Source: Candidatus Atabeyarchaeum deiterrae
GTDB lineage: Archaea; Asgardarchaeota; Atabeyarchaeia; Atabeyarchaeales; Atabeyarchaeaceae
Length of the DNA: 64,000 nucleotides
Direction: 5' to 3'
NCBI GenBank assembly: GCA_037310415.1
Contig: CP147780.1
Location: 1,472,001-1,536,000 of the forward strand
Shown here: positions 48,852-58,189 of the stretch, one piece after another
Layout: each line of letters begins with the position of its first letter
Numbering within the stretch: the first letter of the stretch is position 1
Program-made: the position numbers and the translations under genes
Notes under the pieces: generated by a model
The model's input: only the letters and a program-made list of their open reading frames with translations
Database searches by the model: none
Told to the model about the DNA's origin: nothing

Positions 48852-49250
48852 TTGGGTAATGTGGCAAAAAAGAAACTATCAACCAAAGAAATCGAAAATA
48901 AGGCAATAGAATGCGTAGAGGGTTATCTGAAGAGCAGGGGAGAAAAGCCAGAAATCACTAAGAAAGGCATCGATGTTATTTCTGGCGAAAAATGGATTGA
49001 AGTTAAGGGAAGTATGAAAAAGGAAACCAATCTAAGAACAACATGGCAAACATTAAAATATGTTGAGAAAAACGATAAACTCCGTGATTTCTTCATTTAC
49101 TATGTCTTTGACATGGAATCAGGGAATCCGAAACTGCTGATTTTCGATCATGATACCTTCGAGAAATATAAACTCAAAGAAATAAGATGGATAATACAAC
49201 CCAGGAAGATAATAAGGGAAACAGGTAAACCTGAGATAATTCGATTGTGA
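48852..49250 (+). CDS. small PD-(D/E)XK nuclease (DUF3883-like)
   Basis: IENKAIE...GIDV...IEVKG...FFIYYV. Confidence 0.7.
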   Translation: MGNVAKKKLSTKEIENKAIECVEGYLKSRGEKPEITKKGIDVISGEKWIEVKGSMKKETNLRTTWQTLKYVEKNDKLRDFFIYYVFDMESGNPKLLIFDHDTFEKYKLKEIRWIIQPRKIIRETGKPEIIRL

Positions 49251-49756
49251 AAACTACCTGATAGTACCATCAACCGACTTTTGACAGCCCACCGAGAAAC
49301 AGCGATCAACCTAAGACTTTACAGAACCTGGATTTCAAGCACATTGAATTTGTGTTGGGCTTTCAACCCAGTCAACGAATCTCCTTTCTGAACACTCTCA
49401 GCCATCTATGAAACTCTAGTTTATGCCTTATTGCTAACCTAGTCAGCCGACTTCCAGATGATTTGCCAAAGATTCTCTAAAATGGCCGACTGTGTTCAAT
49501 ACCATTCTATCAACTACAATAGGCCTGCTTCTCTTGCCTGCCGAGAAACGGCACGGAGTCTCTTAATGGCGAGCTATGATCTATTGCGCGAGTGCAACTC
49601 GCTTTGACTCCCTCCGATGATAAGATGTACGCGCAATCTGACTGTTTGTGGAAGTCGACAAGTGGTGTTGCCGAGGGTTGACCGCGAAGAGGCTGTCTAG
49701 AGGCGATAATCTTAAATGCTCCAGTCTTCTCAAGTCTTCTCAGATAACTTCATAAG

Positions 49757-50485
49757 TTGACAACGTTAACGGAGGGGACAACATTACAGAGAAGATCCGT
49801 CTGTGCTCTTATGCTGCTTCTTGGAGTTCTGCTAACGATATCATGCGTACCTTCGCAAGGTGTTAACTATCCGAAAATAGGGGTAAAGATAGGAGACTAT
49901 GCAGACTACTCATACACATTTTGGTTCAACGGATCATATCATACGCCCTTCGATTGGTATAGAATTCTTGTCGCTAACATTAGCCTATCGTCGATCCCTG
50001 GTTACACTGAATTGAGCATTGAGTTCGATGGACATTTTGCCAATGGAACGTGGTATTCTCCATGGACGGGTCACTTGGACTTGAGCAATAATAGCGTCTT
50101 GACTGGCGGGGTTGTCGACGATATCATGTGGATTGTCCCGGCAGATTTGGTTAATGGGCAATTGGTTTCAATCCCATATGTGATAAACGAGACTACCTCA
50201 ATGTTAGTTGCAGGTGCAGTCAGGACTGTCAACCATCTGAGAATTGCTGCAGATAACTTTGGCGCAGGAGACTATCACCCAGACATCTACTGGGACAAAG
50301 CTACTGGAGTGCTGGTCAAAGCCAACATACTTAGACATAATACTTGGACGAACCTCACAATGTTGTCAACAAACATGTGGTCAAATGGTGACTGGACAAC
50401 CTTGCTCCTGATAAGCGGTGGAGTTGCCCTAGTCATAGGAGTTGCGTGCTTAGTTGCTTTTGTGATTCGAAAGAGGCGAAGCTAA
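49757..50485 (+). CDS. secreted protein with C-terminal membrane anchor
   Basis: Signal-like hydrophobic N-terminus, GVKIGDYADY, YWDKATGVLV, many NxS/T sequons, C-terminal TM plus RKRR. Confidence 0.75.
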   Translation: MTTLTEGTTLQRRSVCALMLLLGVLLTISCVPSQGVNYPKIGVKIGDYADYSYTFWFNGSYHTPFDWYRILVANISLSSIPGYTELSIEFDGHFANGTWYSPWTGHLDLSNNSVLTGGVVDDIMWIVPADLVNGQLVSIPYVINETTSMLVAGAVRTVNHLRIAADNFGAGDYHPDIYWDKATGVLVKANILRHNTWTNLTMLSTNMWSNGDWTTLLLISGGVALVIGVACLVAFVIRKRRS

Positions 50486-50803
50486 TCGTCAATTAAGAGC
50501 GATAACGACGCGGTAGCTGCGTGGCGTGTCCTCGAAGCAAACCGTGTCGATTCAAGTACTCTTTTTCGTAATTCTTGGTGTGTCAAATCAATCTTAGCAT
50601 CAATTGCTTAGGAGCTACGAGCAGGCTCTGAGCGCCTGATTGGCATCACGTTCATATAGTGTATTTTTTCCTCTTGGATATTTGTTTCAGTCTGCAACTT
50701 GATATCATTGCGGAGCATAGTTGCCTTTGAATTCTTTCGCTAAGAAGACTTATGCTTGCGAACACGCATATGGAGCCTTTGAGACTGCCAACTACCAAAG
50801 GAA

Positions 50804-51727
50804 ATGCGTGACGGAGCAACATTCGAGAACTCAGAACAATCTGAATCTGGGGAAGAAACTCCCATGACGAACAGACTAACAAAGGCGGAGTTCACTAATC
50901 TAGGCAAGATCATGTATCCAGAGGCGAAAATCACGAAGGCTCAGACAATCGAGTACTATATCCGAATGGCCCCTGCGATGCTGGATCTGCTTCATGATAG
51001 ACCATTGGTTTTGACCAGATTCCCAAATGGGATCAATCGGGAAAGCTTCTACGAAAAAGACGCGCCTCTTGGTGCACCATCTTGGATCAAGACTTTCAGG
51101 AAGTATTCCGAAGCGGCTGAAAGAGACATAAACTATGTCCTCTGTAATGATCTTGACACACTTATTTGGCTTGCTAATCTTGCTGCACTCGAGATCCATG
51201 TTACTCTCTCAAAGGCAACTTCTCTTGAAAACCCGGATCTATTGCTTTTTGATTTGGATCCTCAGCCTCCAGCAAGTTTTGATGATGTTGTCTCTGTTGC
51301 TCTACTACTTAAGGAAACCTTAGAAGAACTAGGTTTGAAATCTTTCACAAAAACCTCTGGAAAGAGAGGGCTTCACATCGTGGTTCCTATCGTTAGTGAA
51401 TACAGTTACCGGCAAACTAGAGAGTTCGTTCATCTCATCGGAAAACACTTAGTTAGGAGATCAGAAATCGTAGTCTCCGAGTTTTCAAGAGAAAAGAAGC
51501 CAGGCACCATATATATAGACTACTTGCAGAATTCTCATGGAAGGACTATGGTAAGCCCTTACAGCCTCAGAGCTACACCTGAAGCTACCGTGTCGACACC
51601 GATTGATTGGAAAGATGTCAAGAAAGGATTAAAACCTGAGACGCTGAATCTGTTCACTGTGCCCAATATTAATGAGCGGCCATGGGAGGGCATGCTACGG
51701 GACAGCCAAAGGCTGGATGTGGATTAG
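50804..51727 (+). CDS. NHEJ primase-polymerase (stand-alone LigD PolDom; likely start 50864)
   Basis: TNLGKIMYP, RFPNG..FYEK, FDLDP, KTSGKRGLH, YIDYLQN and PYSLRA. Confidence 0.93.
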   Translation: MRDGATFENSEQSESGEETPMTNRLTKAEFTNLGKIMYPEAKITKAQTIEYYIRMAPAMLDLLHDRPLVLTRFPNGINRESFYEKDAPLGAPSWIKTFRKYSEAAERDINYVLCNDLDTLIWLANLAALEIHVTLSKATSLENPDLLLFDLDPQPPASFDDVVSVALLLKETLEELGLKSFTKTSGKRGLHIVVPIVSEYSYRQTREFVHLIGKHLVRRSEIVVSEFSREKKPGTIYIDYLQNSHGRTMVSPYSLRATPEATVSTPIDWKDVKKGLKPETLNLFTVPNINERPWEGMLRDSQRLDVD

Positions 51728-51728
51728 C

Positions 51729-52529
51729 ATGGCAAAGAAACAAGGGGAAAAACGAATCTCAAGAAGACCGATCTGGACTGGTAGCATAACAATTGGCTTA
51801 GTGAATGTTCCAGTGAAGCTACTTACCATGATATTCGATAAAGGCATCTCCTTCAGATTCCTGCATAAACACGATGGGCAGCCACTTAGATACGATAAGG
51901 TTTGTATCGAGGAAAACAAGGTTGTTCCTTGGGAAGAAATAATCCGAGGATACGAAGTCAGGAAAGGCCAATTCATAACCTTCGAAAACGATGAACTTGA
52001 AGCCGCTAGACCAGAATCTGATCAGAGGATTCGCATTGACAAATTCGTCGACTACTCTACAATAGACCCAATCTACTTTGATAAATCCTATATGCTTACG
52101 CCCGACAACAGTGAAGATGCCTACAGCTTGCTTCTAGCGGCTTTGGAGATGATGGGCAAAGCTGGAACCGGAAGAATCACACTCAGAACAAAAGAATATC
52201 CCCTCATCGTGCACGCCTACAAGGGGGCATTGGTTCTGACAACACTGCGCTATGCCTATGAAGTCGCAGATCCAGGTGACCTAGAAGAGCCCATGAAGCT
52301 AAAGCAGCCAAGAAAGGACGAATTAGATCTAGCGATGAAAATCGTCACTGATCTCTCCGGACAATTTGATTCAGCTCAGTACAAGGACGCATATAGAGAA
52401 AGAATAGAGAAACTCATCCAGATGAAACTCAAAGGAGAGCGCATCGTTTTCGAGAAGCCTGTCAAAGAGGAAGCAAAGGAATTAATGATAGCCCTCAAAG
52501 AAACTCTCAAGCAGCTGAAAAAGAAATGA
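51729..52529 (+). CDS. ku: NHEJ DNA end-binding protein Ku
   Basis: RPIWTGSITIGLVNVPVKL, IIRGYEV, IDPIYFDKSY.L.P and YKDAYRERI. Confidence 0.95.
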   Translation: MAKKQGEKRISRRPIWTGSITIGLVNVPVKLLTMIFDKGISFRFLHKHDGQPLRYDKVCIEENKVVPWEEIIRGYEVRKGQFITFENDELEAARPESDQRIRIDKFVDYSTIDPIYFDKSYMLTPDNSEDAYSLLLAALEMMGKAGTGRITLRTKEYPLIVHAYKGALVLTTLRYAYEVADPGDLEEPMKLKQPRKDELDLAMKIVTDLSGQFDSAQYKDAYRERIEKLIQMKLKGERIVFEKPVKEEAKELMIALKETLKQLKKK

Positions 52530-53920
52530 GACAATACTACAAGCCAATGCTCGCAAATTCTGCAGCAGCACCCTTCACATCAAGAGACTGGATTTTCGAG
52601 ATCAAATGGGATGGGATCAGAGCCATCAGTTATGTTGACAACGAACTGAGCGTACGAAGCAGAAACGGGAAGGAAATGAAAGACAAGTTTCCAGAGCTGG
52701 AAGAACTGAAGAGCGTAGCGATGAATACTGTCCTTGATGGCGAGATCGTCGTCATGCAAGAGAAGAGACCGGATTTTCAGACTCTTTTGGAGAGGAGCAG
52801 AGCTACCTCTATTCGTGATGCACAGTATATCGCCAGTAGCGTCCCGGTTACATATGTGGTCTTCGACATTCTTGAGAAAGATGGTGAGCGTCTGGCCAGC
52901 CTTCCGTTGGTAGAAAGAAAGAGAATACTAAGAGAACGAGTCAAGGATGGGAAATATGTCGTGTTGTCTGTCTTCGTAGAAGAGGATGGAGACACATACT
53001 ATAAGGAAGCTATCAAAAGAGGCGTCGAGGGCATCGTCGCCAAGAAAAAAGACAGTCCATATGAATCAGGTGTGCGAAGCAAGAATTGGCTAAAGGTAAA
53101 GAAAGTTCAGACGTGCGACTGCGTGATCTTTGGATATACTAAGGGCGAAGGATTCAGGGAAGGAACTTTTGGAGCCCTAATCCTGGGACTATATGACAAC
53201 AAGACTCCAGTGTTCGTAGGCAAAGTTGGAACTGGATTTTCCGATAGCACCATGCGGACGCTTCTTGAAGCATTTGAGGAGCTTAAGGCAGGCAAAGAGA
53301 CTCTCGCTGGCGTTGATGTCCAAGAGGAGATCACATGGCTCAAACCAGAGCTAGTCTGCGAGGTTGCATATCAGAATCTCACAAAAGAAGGTAAGCTGCG
53401 CATGCCAAGGTTCCACGGACTTCGACCAGACAAGATTCCGACTGAGTGCACCCTGGATCAAGTGAAACAAAGTGGCCTCTCAGAGTACGGCTCAAAGAGA
53501 GACTTCACCGTCACACCGGAGCCAAAAGGTGTCTCAAAGGTTACCGGCGGTAGAACCTTCGTCGTACAGGAACACCATGCAAGAAGACTCCACTATGACC
53601 TGCGATTAGAAAATGAAGGCGTCCTAAAGAGTTGGGCTGTTCCAAAAGGAGTCCCCGAGAAACCTAGTGAAAAGAGACTCGCAGTCGAAGTCGAGGATCA
53701 CCCACTAGAGTACGGACGATTTGAAGGAGAAATACCCAAAGGACAATATGGAGCAGGAACAGTTAGAATCTGGGACAAAGGCACTTACGAGCAAAAGACA
53801 TGGACAGCAGATAAAATCGAAGTTTTCCTAAAGGGAGAAAGACTGTCTGGAAGGTACGTGCTCGTGAAGTTCAAGAAAGCGGGCGAAAAGGGATGGATCC
53901 TCATGAAAGCGAGAGATTGA
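52526..53920 (+). CDS. ligD: NHEJ ATP-dependent DNA ligase fused to C-terminal 3'-phosphoesterase domain
   Basis: EIKWDGIR, LDGEIV, FDIL, EGIVAK, WLKVK and OB domain, then FVVQEHHARRLHYDLRLE, SWAVPKG, EDHP..Y and WDKG (PE). Confidence 0.93.
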   Translation: MRQYYKPMLANSAAAPFTSRDWIFEIKWDGIRAISYVDNELSVRSRNGKEMKDKFPELEELKSVAMNTVLDGEIVVMQEKRPDFQTLLERSRATSIRDAQYIASSVPVTYVVFDILEKDGERLASLPLVERKRILRERVKDGKYVVLSVFVEEDGDTYYKEAIKRGVEGIVAKKKDSPYESGVRSKNWLKVKKVQTCDCVIFGYTKGEGFREGTFGALILGLYDNKTPVFVGKVGTGFSDSTMRTLLEAFEELKAGKETLAGVDVQEEITWLKPELVCEVAYQNLTKEGKLRMPRFHGLRPDKIPTECTLDQVKQSGLSEYGSKRDFTVTPEPKGVSKVTGGRTFVVQEHHARRLHYDLRLENEGVLKSWAVPKGVPEKPSEKRLAVEVEDHPLEYGRFEGEIPKGQYGAGTVRIWDKGTYEQKTWTADKIEVFLKGERLSGRYVLVKFKKAGEKGWILMKARD

Positions 53921-53921
53921 T

Positions 53922-54662
53922 ATGAAGAACCTCCACATAGGCACAATGGGCTGGAGCTACAATTTCTGGACCGGCAACTTCTACCCAGCAGGACTCAAAT
54001 CAGACGAGTTCCTAGCTGCATATTCGAAACACTTTGATACGGTCGAAGTAGACAACACGTTCTACAGAGTCCCCTACAAGAGCTCAGTTGAAAAATGGAA
54101 AGAGCAAACGCCAGCAGATTTCATTTTCTCTGCAAAATTCCCTCGAAAAGTGACACATCTCAAAGTGCTAAGGGACTGTGAGGAAGAGGTGCGATACTTC
54201 CTCGAGACGATGACAACTCTTCAAAACAAGCTTGGGCCACTACTACTTCAATTTCCCCCGAAGTTTGGGCCAAAAGATATTCCTGCTCTCAAAGATTTCA
54301 TTCCGATTTTGCCCAAAGGCTACAGATTCGCAGTGGAAGTAAGAAACAAGAACCTGCTTGTTGATAAGTTGTACTCGCTTCTGAGAGAAAACGGGATTGC
54401 ATTGGTCTTGCTAGATAGTCCAATTATGCCACGAATGGAAGAAGTGACTGCTAGTTTTCTCTACACAAGATGGGAAGGAGACAGAAACAAACTGAATGGG
54501 ACACTGGGAAGAGTCGAGATTGACAAAAGAGAAGATCTTCGCGATTGGAGCAAGAGAATAAGGAAAATGCTCGATGACTCAATCGAGGTTTTTGGGTACT
54601 TCAGCAAGTTCTACTCAGGTTACCCTCCATCAGATGCCATGGAACTCTTGAAGCTGATTTGA
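53922..54662 (+). CDS. DUF72 domain-containing protein
   Basis: IGTMGWSY, VEVDNTFY, KFPRKVTH, LLQFPP and AVEVR. Confidence 0.92.
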   Translation: MKNLHIGTMGWSYNFWTGNFYPAGLKSDEFLAAYSKHFDTVEVDNTFYRVPYKSSVEKWKEQTPADFIFSAKFPRKVTHLKVLRDCEEEVRYFLETMTTLQNKLGPLLLQFPPKFGPKDIPALKDFIPILPKGYRFAVEVRNKNLLVDKLYSLLRENGIALVLLDSPIMPRMEEVTASFLYTRWEGDRNKLNGTLGRVEIDKREDLRDWSKRIRKMLDDSIEVFGYFSKFYSGYPPSDAMELLKLI

Positions 54663-54759
54663 CCTGAATTTGACCCATAAAACTCGGACAAATCAAAAAG
54701 ACTAATATCCCGTGGAGAACATAGGCAATTCTAACAATCACATCCTCGGAGGAGAGCGA

Positions 54760-54906
54760 ATGGCCAAACTCTGTGCAAAATGCCCAAACTGTGGATCCAC
54801 CTTGCATATAAATGCGTTCGGAGTGGGGGCTATGAAGTTCCCGTCGGGAATATGCGAGAAATGTGGAAAAAGGATTTACACTACAATTTTCTGGCAGGAA
54901 GACTGA
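54760..54906 (+). CDS. small zinc-ribbon protein (48 aa)
   Basis: GGAGG RBS; MAKLCAKCPNCG...CEKCG. Confidence 0.65.
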   Translation: MAKLCAKCPNCGSTLHINAFGVGAMKFPSGICEKCGKRIYTTIFWQED

Positions 54907-54912
54907 TAGAGT

Positions 54913-56313
54913 TCAGTTCTTAGAAATTGAAGTTGAGCTTTGTTCTCTTTCGATCCGGTATCCTGCTTTTTTCCATGCTGCCATCCCGCCCAAGACACTT
55001 GTAACGTTTTCATATCCATTTATCTTCAAGACGCTTGCAGCAACCCCGGTTTTGAATCCAGGGTCGCAGACAACACATACTTTCTTGTTCCTTGGGACTT
55101 CCTTCAGATGCTCAACTAAGTGTCCAACGTAGATATGGTTGGCGCCTTCAACGTGACCGCCCTCTTGCCAGTTGCCCTCATCTCTTACATCGAGAATGAA
55201 AAGAGTTTGGTCACTCTTATGCTCTTCAAGGTTTCTTACAGTCCATTCGTCGATCATTCCTATTCTTTCAGCATTCTTATACCAGGTTGGAAAGCCCTTT
55301 GCTAGGTAGCCGATGATGTTATCATATCCGAGCCGAACGAGATACCTCGTGATCTCGTCTATACTCTGATCGTTTTCTTTCACAATAAGGATTGGTTTGT
55401 CGTAACTCAGCATCCAGCCGGCAAAGATTGGTAACCCGTCTTTCCAAATGTTGATGCTTCCTGAAATGTGCCCAGCTGCGAAGGCTGTCGGCATTCTTGT
55501 GTCAACGATCAGCGCGCCATCTTTCATCTGCTCCTTAATCTCCTTGACTGTCAGCGCCTTTGGTGATGGCAATTTGCTTAAAACGGGTGGTCCATTCTTG
55601 TTGTAGATCTCCATTTTGGCGAAGTAGGGCGGCCTTTCGAGTCTTTCCTTCATCTTGTAAGCAACGAAGCTTTCTTCATCCTTGTTTTGGAGGACGCGGT
55701 TGTTTCCCTTTTCAAATCCTATTGTTGTGAACTCGAACCCAGCGATGTCTCCTCCACAGACAGATCCTGCGCCATGCGCAGGGCAAACTATGATCTCATC
55801 GCCCAATCTTAGAATTCTGTTGAATAGGCTGTTATACATGCTTCGAGCAAGTCTCTGCCTCTGGGCTTCGCCGTAGAGATCGGTTCTGCCTACGTCCCCG
55901 GAGAACAGGGTATCACCGGTGAAAACTGTATGCATGCTATCTGAAGATTCCTTGTCTTTTAGCGTGATTGAGATGCTTTCATCTGTGTGTCCTGGCGTTT
56001 CAATGATTCCTAGCTCGAGCATACCAATGTCGAACTTTTCTCCTTCGGTGGCTGTGTTGCCATATGAGAAATCTAGCTTCGCCCCATGGTAGATCTCCGC
56101 ATCAACAATGTTAGAGAGTTCCAATGACCCTATTACATAGTCCTCATTCCTGTGTGTTTCAAAGATGTGCGTGATCTTTATTTCGTACTTCTTGGCTAGC
56201 TCCAAGTAAACATCGCAGTCTCTTCTTGGGTCAATAACAGCAGCTTCGGAGATCGACCCCACAAAATACGAGTTGTGAGCAATGCCCTCAGACTTTACTT
56301 TTTCAAAAATCAC
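54913..56313 (-). CDS. MBL-fold metallo-hydrolase with two rhodanese domains
   Basis: ETHRNEDY, TPGHT, FTGDTLF, PAHGAGSVCG, GHISGS and VCDPGFK...GGMAAW. Confidence 0.9.
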   Translation of the reverse strand: MIFEKVKSEGIAHNSYFVGSISEAAVIDPRRDCDVYLELAKKYEIKITHIFETHRNEDYVIGSLELSNIVDAEIYHGAKLDFSYGNTATEGEKFDIGMLELGIIETPGHTDESISITLKDKESSDSMHTVFTGDTLFSGDVGRTDLYGEAQRQRLARSMYNSLFNRILRLGDEIIVCPAHGAGSVCGGDIAGFEFTTIGFEKGNNRVLQNKDEESFVAYKMKERLERPPYFAKMEIYNKNGPPVLSKLPSPKALTVKEIKEQMKDGALIVDTRMPTAFAAGHISGSINIWKDGLPIFAGWMLSYDKPILIVKENDQSIDEITRYLVRLGYDNIIGYLAKGFPTWYKNAERIGMIDEWTVRNLEEHKSDQTLFILDVRDEGNWQEGGHVEGANHIYVGHLVEHLKEVPRNKKVCVVCDPGFKTGVAASVLKINGYENVTSVLGGMAAWKKAGYRIEREQSSTSISKN

Positions 56314-56484
56314 TTTGCACCCTCTCCTTTCTCAATCGATTGAATGCTCTAGGCGCGCGGTCTTGGAGAGGTAACGGATTGCTCTTTTGAGTTTCTGATG
56401 ATCGATTTGTAATGAGCTATGTTATATATTCATCCACTATTGTATACCCACAGAAATGGTTTCTTTTGAAGGTGTCATAGAAAC

Positions 56485-57180
56485 TTGGCAAGTATGTTCA
56501 AAGCAATGATGGAGTCGATGGAAGGCGAAACACACAAATTCCTACTGATTGGAGAGAAAGCTCCTAGTTTCGAGGCTCAGACGACGAGGGGAAAGGTGAA
56601 TTTCCCTGACGACTACAAGGGCAAATGGATTGTGTTGTTTTCTCATCCAGCAGACTTCACGCCAGTTTGTACTACTGAATTCGTGGCGTTTCAGAAACGG
56701 TTCGAGCAGTTCGAGGAACTCAACGCACAGCTGATCGGACTCAGCATAGACCAAGTGTTCGCCCACATAAAGTGGGTTCAGTGGATCAAAGAGAATCTCG
56801 GAGTCGAGATCCAGTTTCCAGTAATCGCAGATGATAGAGGGAAGATCGCCGAAATGTTCGGAATGATTCATCCTGCGAAGGCAACAAACACAGTTCGAGC
56901 GGTATTCATAATTGACCCAGAGGGAATAGTAAGGCTGATAATATACTATCCACAAGAAGTTGGACGCAACTTCGACGAAATAATAAGAGTACTCAAAGCC
57001 CTGCAAGTAGTTGACAAGAACAAAGTTGCCACACCAGCGAACTGGCCAAACAATGAACTCATCGGCGACGAAGTTATCATCCCGCCACCAAAAGATGTCG
57101 AAGCCGCCGAGAAGAGAAAAGACGAGTACGAGTGCTATGACTGGTGGTTCTGCCACAAGAAACTCTTGGACAGAAACTAG
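56485..57180 (+). CDS. peroxiredoxin (archaeal Prx6-like)
   Basis: [30 protein letters not shown] and DWWFC. Confidence 0.95.
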   Translation: MASMFKAMMESMEGETHKFLLIGEKAPSFEAQTTRGKVNFPDDYKGKWIVLFSHPADFTPVCTTEFVAFQKRFEQFEELNAQLIGLSIDQVFAHIKWVQWIKENLGVEIQFPVIADDRGKIAEMFGMIHPAKATNTVRAVFIIDPEGIVRLIIYYPQEVGRNFDEIIRVLKALQVVDKNKVATPANWPNNELIGDEVIIPPPKDVEAAEKRKDEYECYDWWFCHKKLLDRN

Positions 57181-57419
57181 GAAGATCAGTTGTCGTCTCT
57201 CAGGAGGCGCATTACTCCTGATTGGACACAATCATCTTCTTTTTCCGAATGTGCGCTCAGGTGCTGCAACTTCCACGCGAGCTTGTCGAGTGGCGAATCA
57301 TTTATCCATCTGCGTGGGATTTCGAGAACAAAACCGATATCTGAGAAATCTATTAGGTAGTCACAGGCAAGATACTGAAATATGCAGATCCGTATTCTCG
57401 GCATGGATCGGGTTGTTTC

Positions 57420-58100
57420 ATGCTTTCATTCAACAGTGAATTGGCAATAAAGATCCCTAATTTGAAGATTGCGATTCTGAAAGTGGCAGTCCGCAAAGTC
57501 GAAGACAGAAACGAGAAACTCGAAGAGCTAAGAAAATCGCTAGCAGAGGAGGTCAGATCCGAGTATTCATTGGATACAGTCAAGGATGCAAGAAGTTTCA
57601 GGGCTTACAGAGATTTCTTCTGGAGGCTTGACATAGATCCCACGAAAATCAGACCCGCATCAGAAGCACTGATTAGAAGAATCCTACAAACAGGAACAAT
57701 CCCCACCATAAATACTGCTGTCGACGTAGTGAATATTGTATCTATTGAAACAGAGACAGTAATTGACGCATTTGACGCGAATAAGATGGCCAAGCACGCG
57801 GAGATCAGATTCGCATCAGAAGGAGAGAGATTCCTCGGAATAGGTATGGCGCATGATTTGGCGTTAGCTGGAGGAGAGATCGTAATCGCTGACAATAGGG
57901 GTCCAACCGCATTGTACCCGCATCGGGATGCAGAAAGAACAAAGATCACACCCAAAACAAGTGAGATTCTGACGGTTGCCTGTGGCGTTCCCGGAATAAA
58001 CACAGAAGAACTGGTGAACGCAGAAAGAGAAGTCTCAAGAATGATGATTCAGTTCTGCGCTGGGGAGCAAATAGGTGAGATAGTAGTTCTACCAACGTGA
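57420..58100 (+). CDS. B3/B4 domain protein (PheRS beta-related, trans-editing type)
   Basis: RAYRDFFWRLDIDPTKIRPASEALIRR, INTAVD..N and YPHRDAERTKIT. Confidence 0.88.
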   Translation: MLSFNSELAIKIPNLKIAILKVAVRKVEDRNEKLEELRKSLAEEVRSEYSLDTVKDARSFRAYRDFFWRLDIDPTKIRPASEALIRRILQTGTIPTINTAVDVVNIVSIETETVIDAFDANKMAKHAEIRFASEGERFLGIGMAHDLALAGGEIVIADNRGPTALYPHRDAERTKITPKTSEILTVACGVPGINTEELVNAEREVSRMMIQFCAGEQIGEIVVLPT

Positions 58101-58189
58101 CTATATCTCATGGAATCCTTGTTAATACATCATAAGACCTATTTGGATGGGCTCAATTTAACAATTCGACTTGAAGGTGGTTCTCTGGC

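Larger units (their letters stand above)
43170..49328 (+). mobile_element. IS6-like single-transposase cargo transposon, 6159 bp
   Basis: Left end GGTTCTGTCAAGTCTT (43170); right end reverse complement GGTTCTGTAAAGTCTT (49328). Exact 8-bp direct repeat TGGATTTC at 43162-43169 and 49329-49336. Internal right end at 47474-47491. Confidence 0.9.

Noticed and set aside
42976-49336. tRNA-integrated provirus or genomic island
   Set aside because: The island lies 5' of the tRNA, with no duplicated tRNA fragment (att) and no integrase or virion genes. IRs and TSD explain it as a transposon.
49337-49756. 420-bp intergenic region as possible ncRNA
   Set aside because: Only short local hairpins and no recognisable RNA family. 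An Rfam/Infernal search would be needed.
56542-57231. 229-aa antisense ORF over peroxiredoxin, and similar shadow ORFs (1907-2485, 18557-19027, 27272-27715, 28029-28541, 34247-34726)
   Set aside because: They lie opposite well-supported genes and have no motifs; they are codon-bias shadows.
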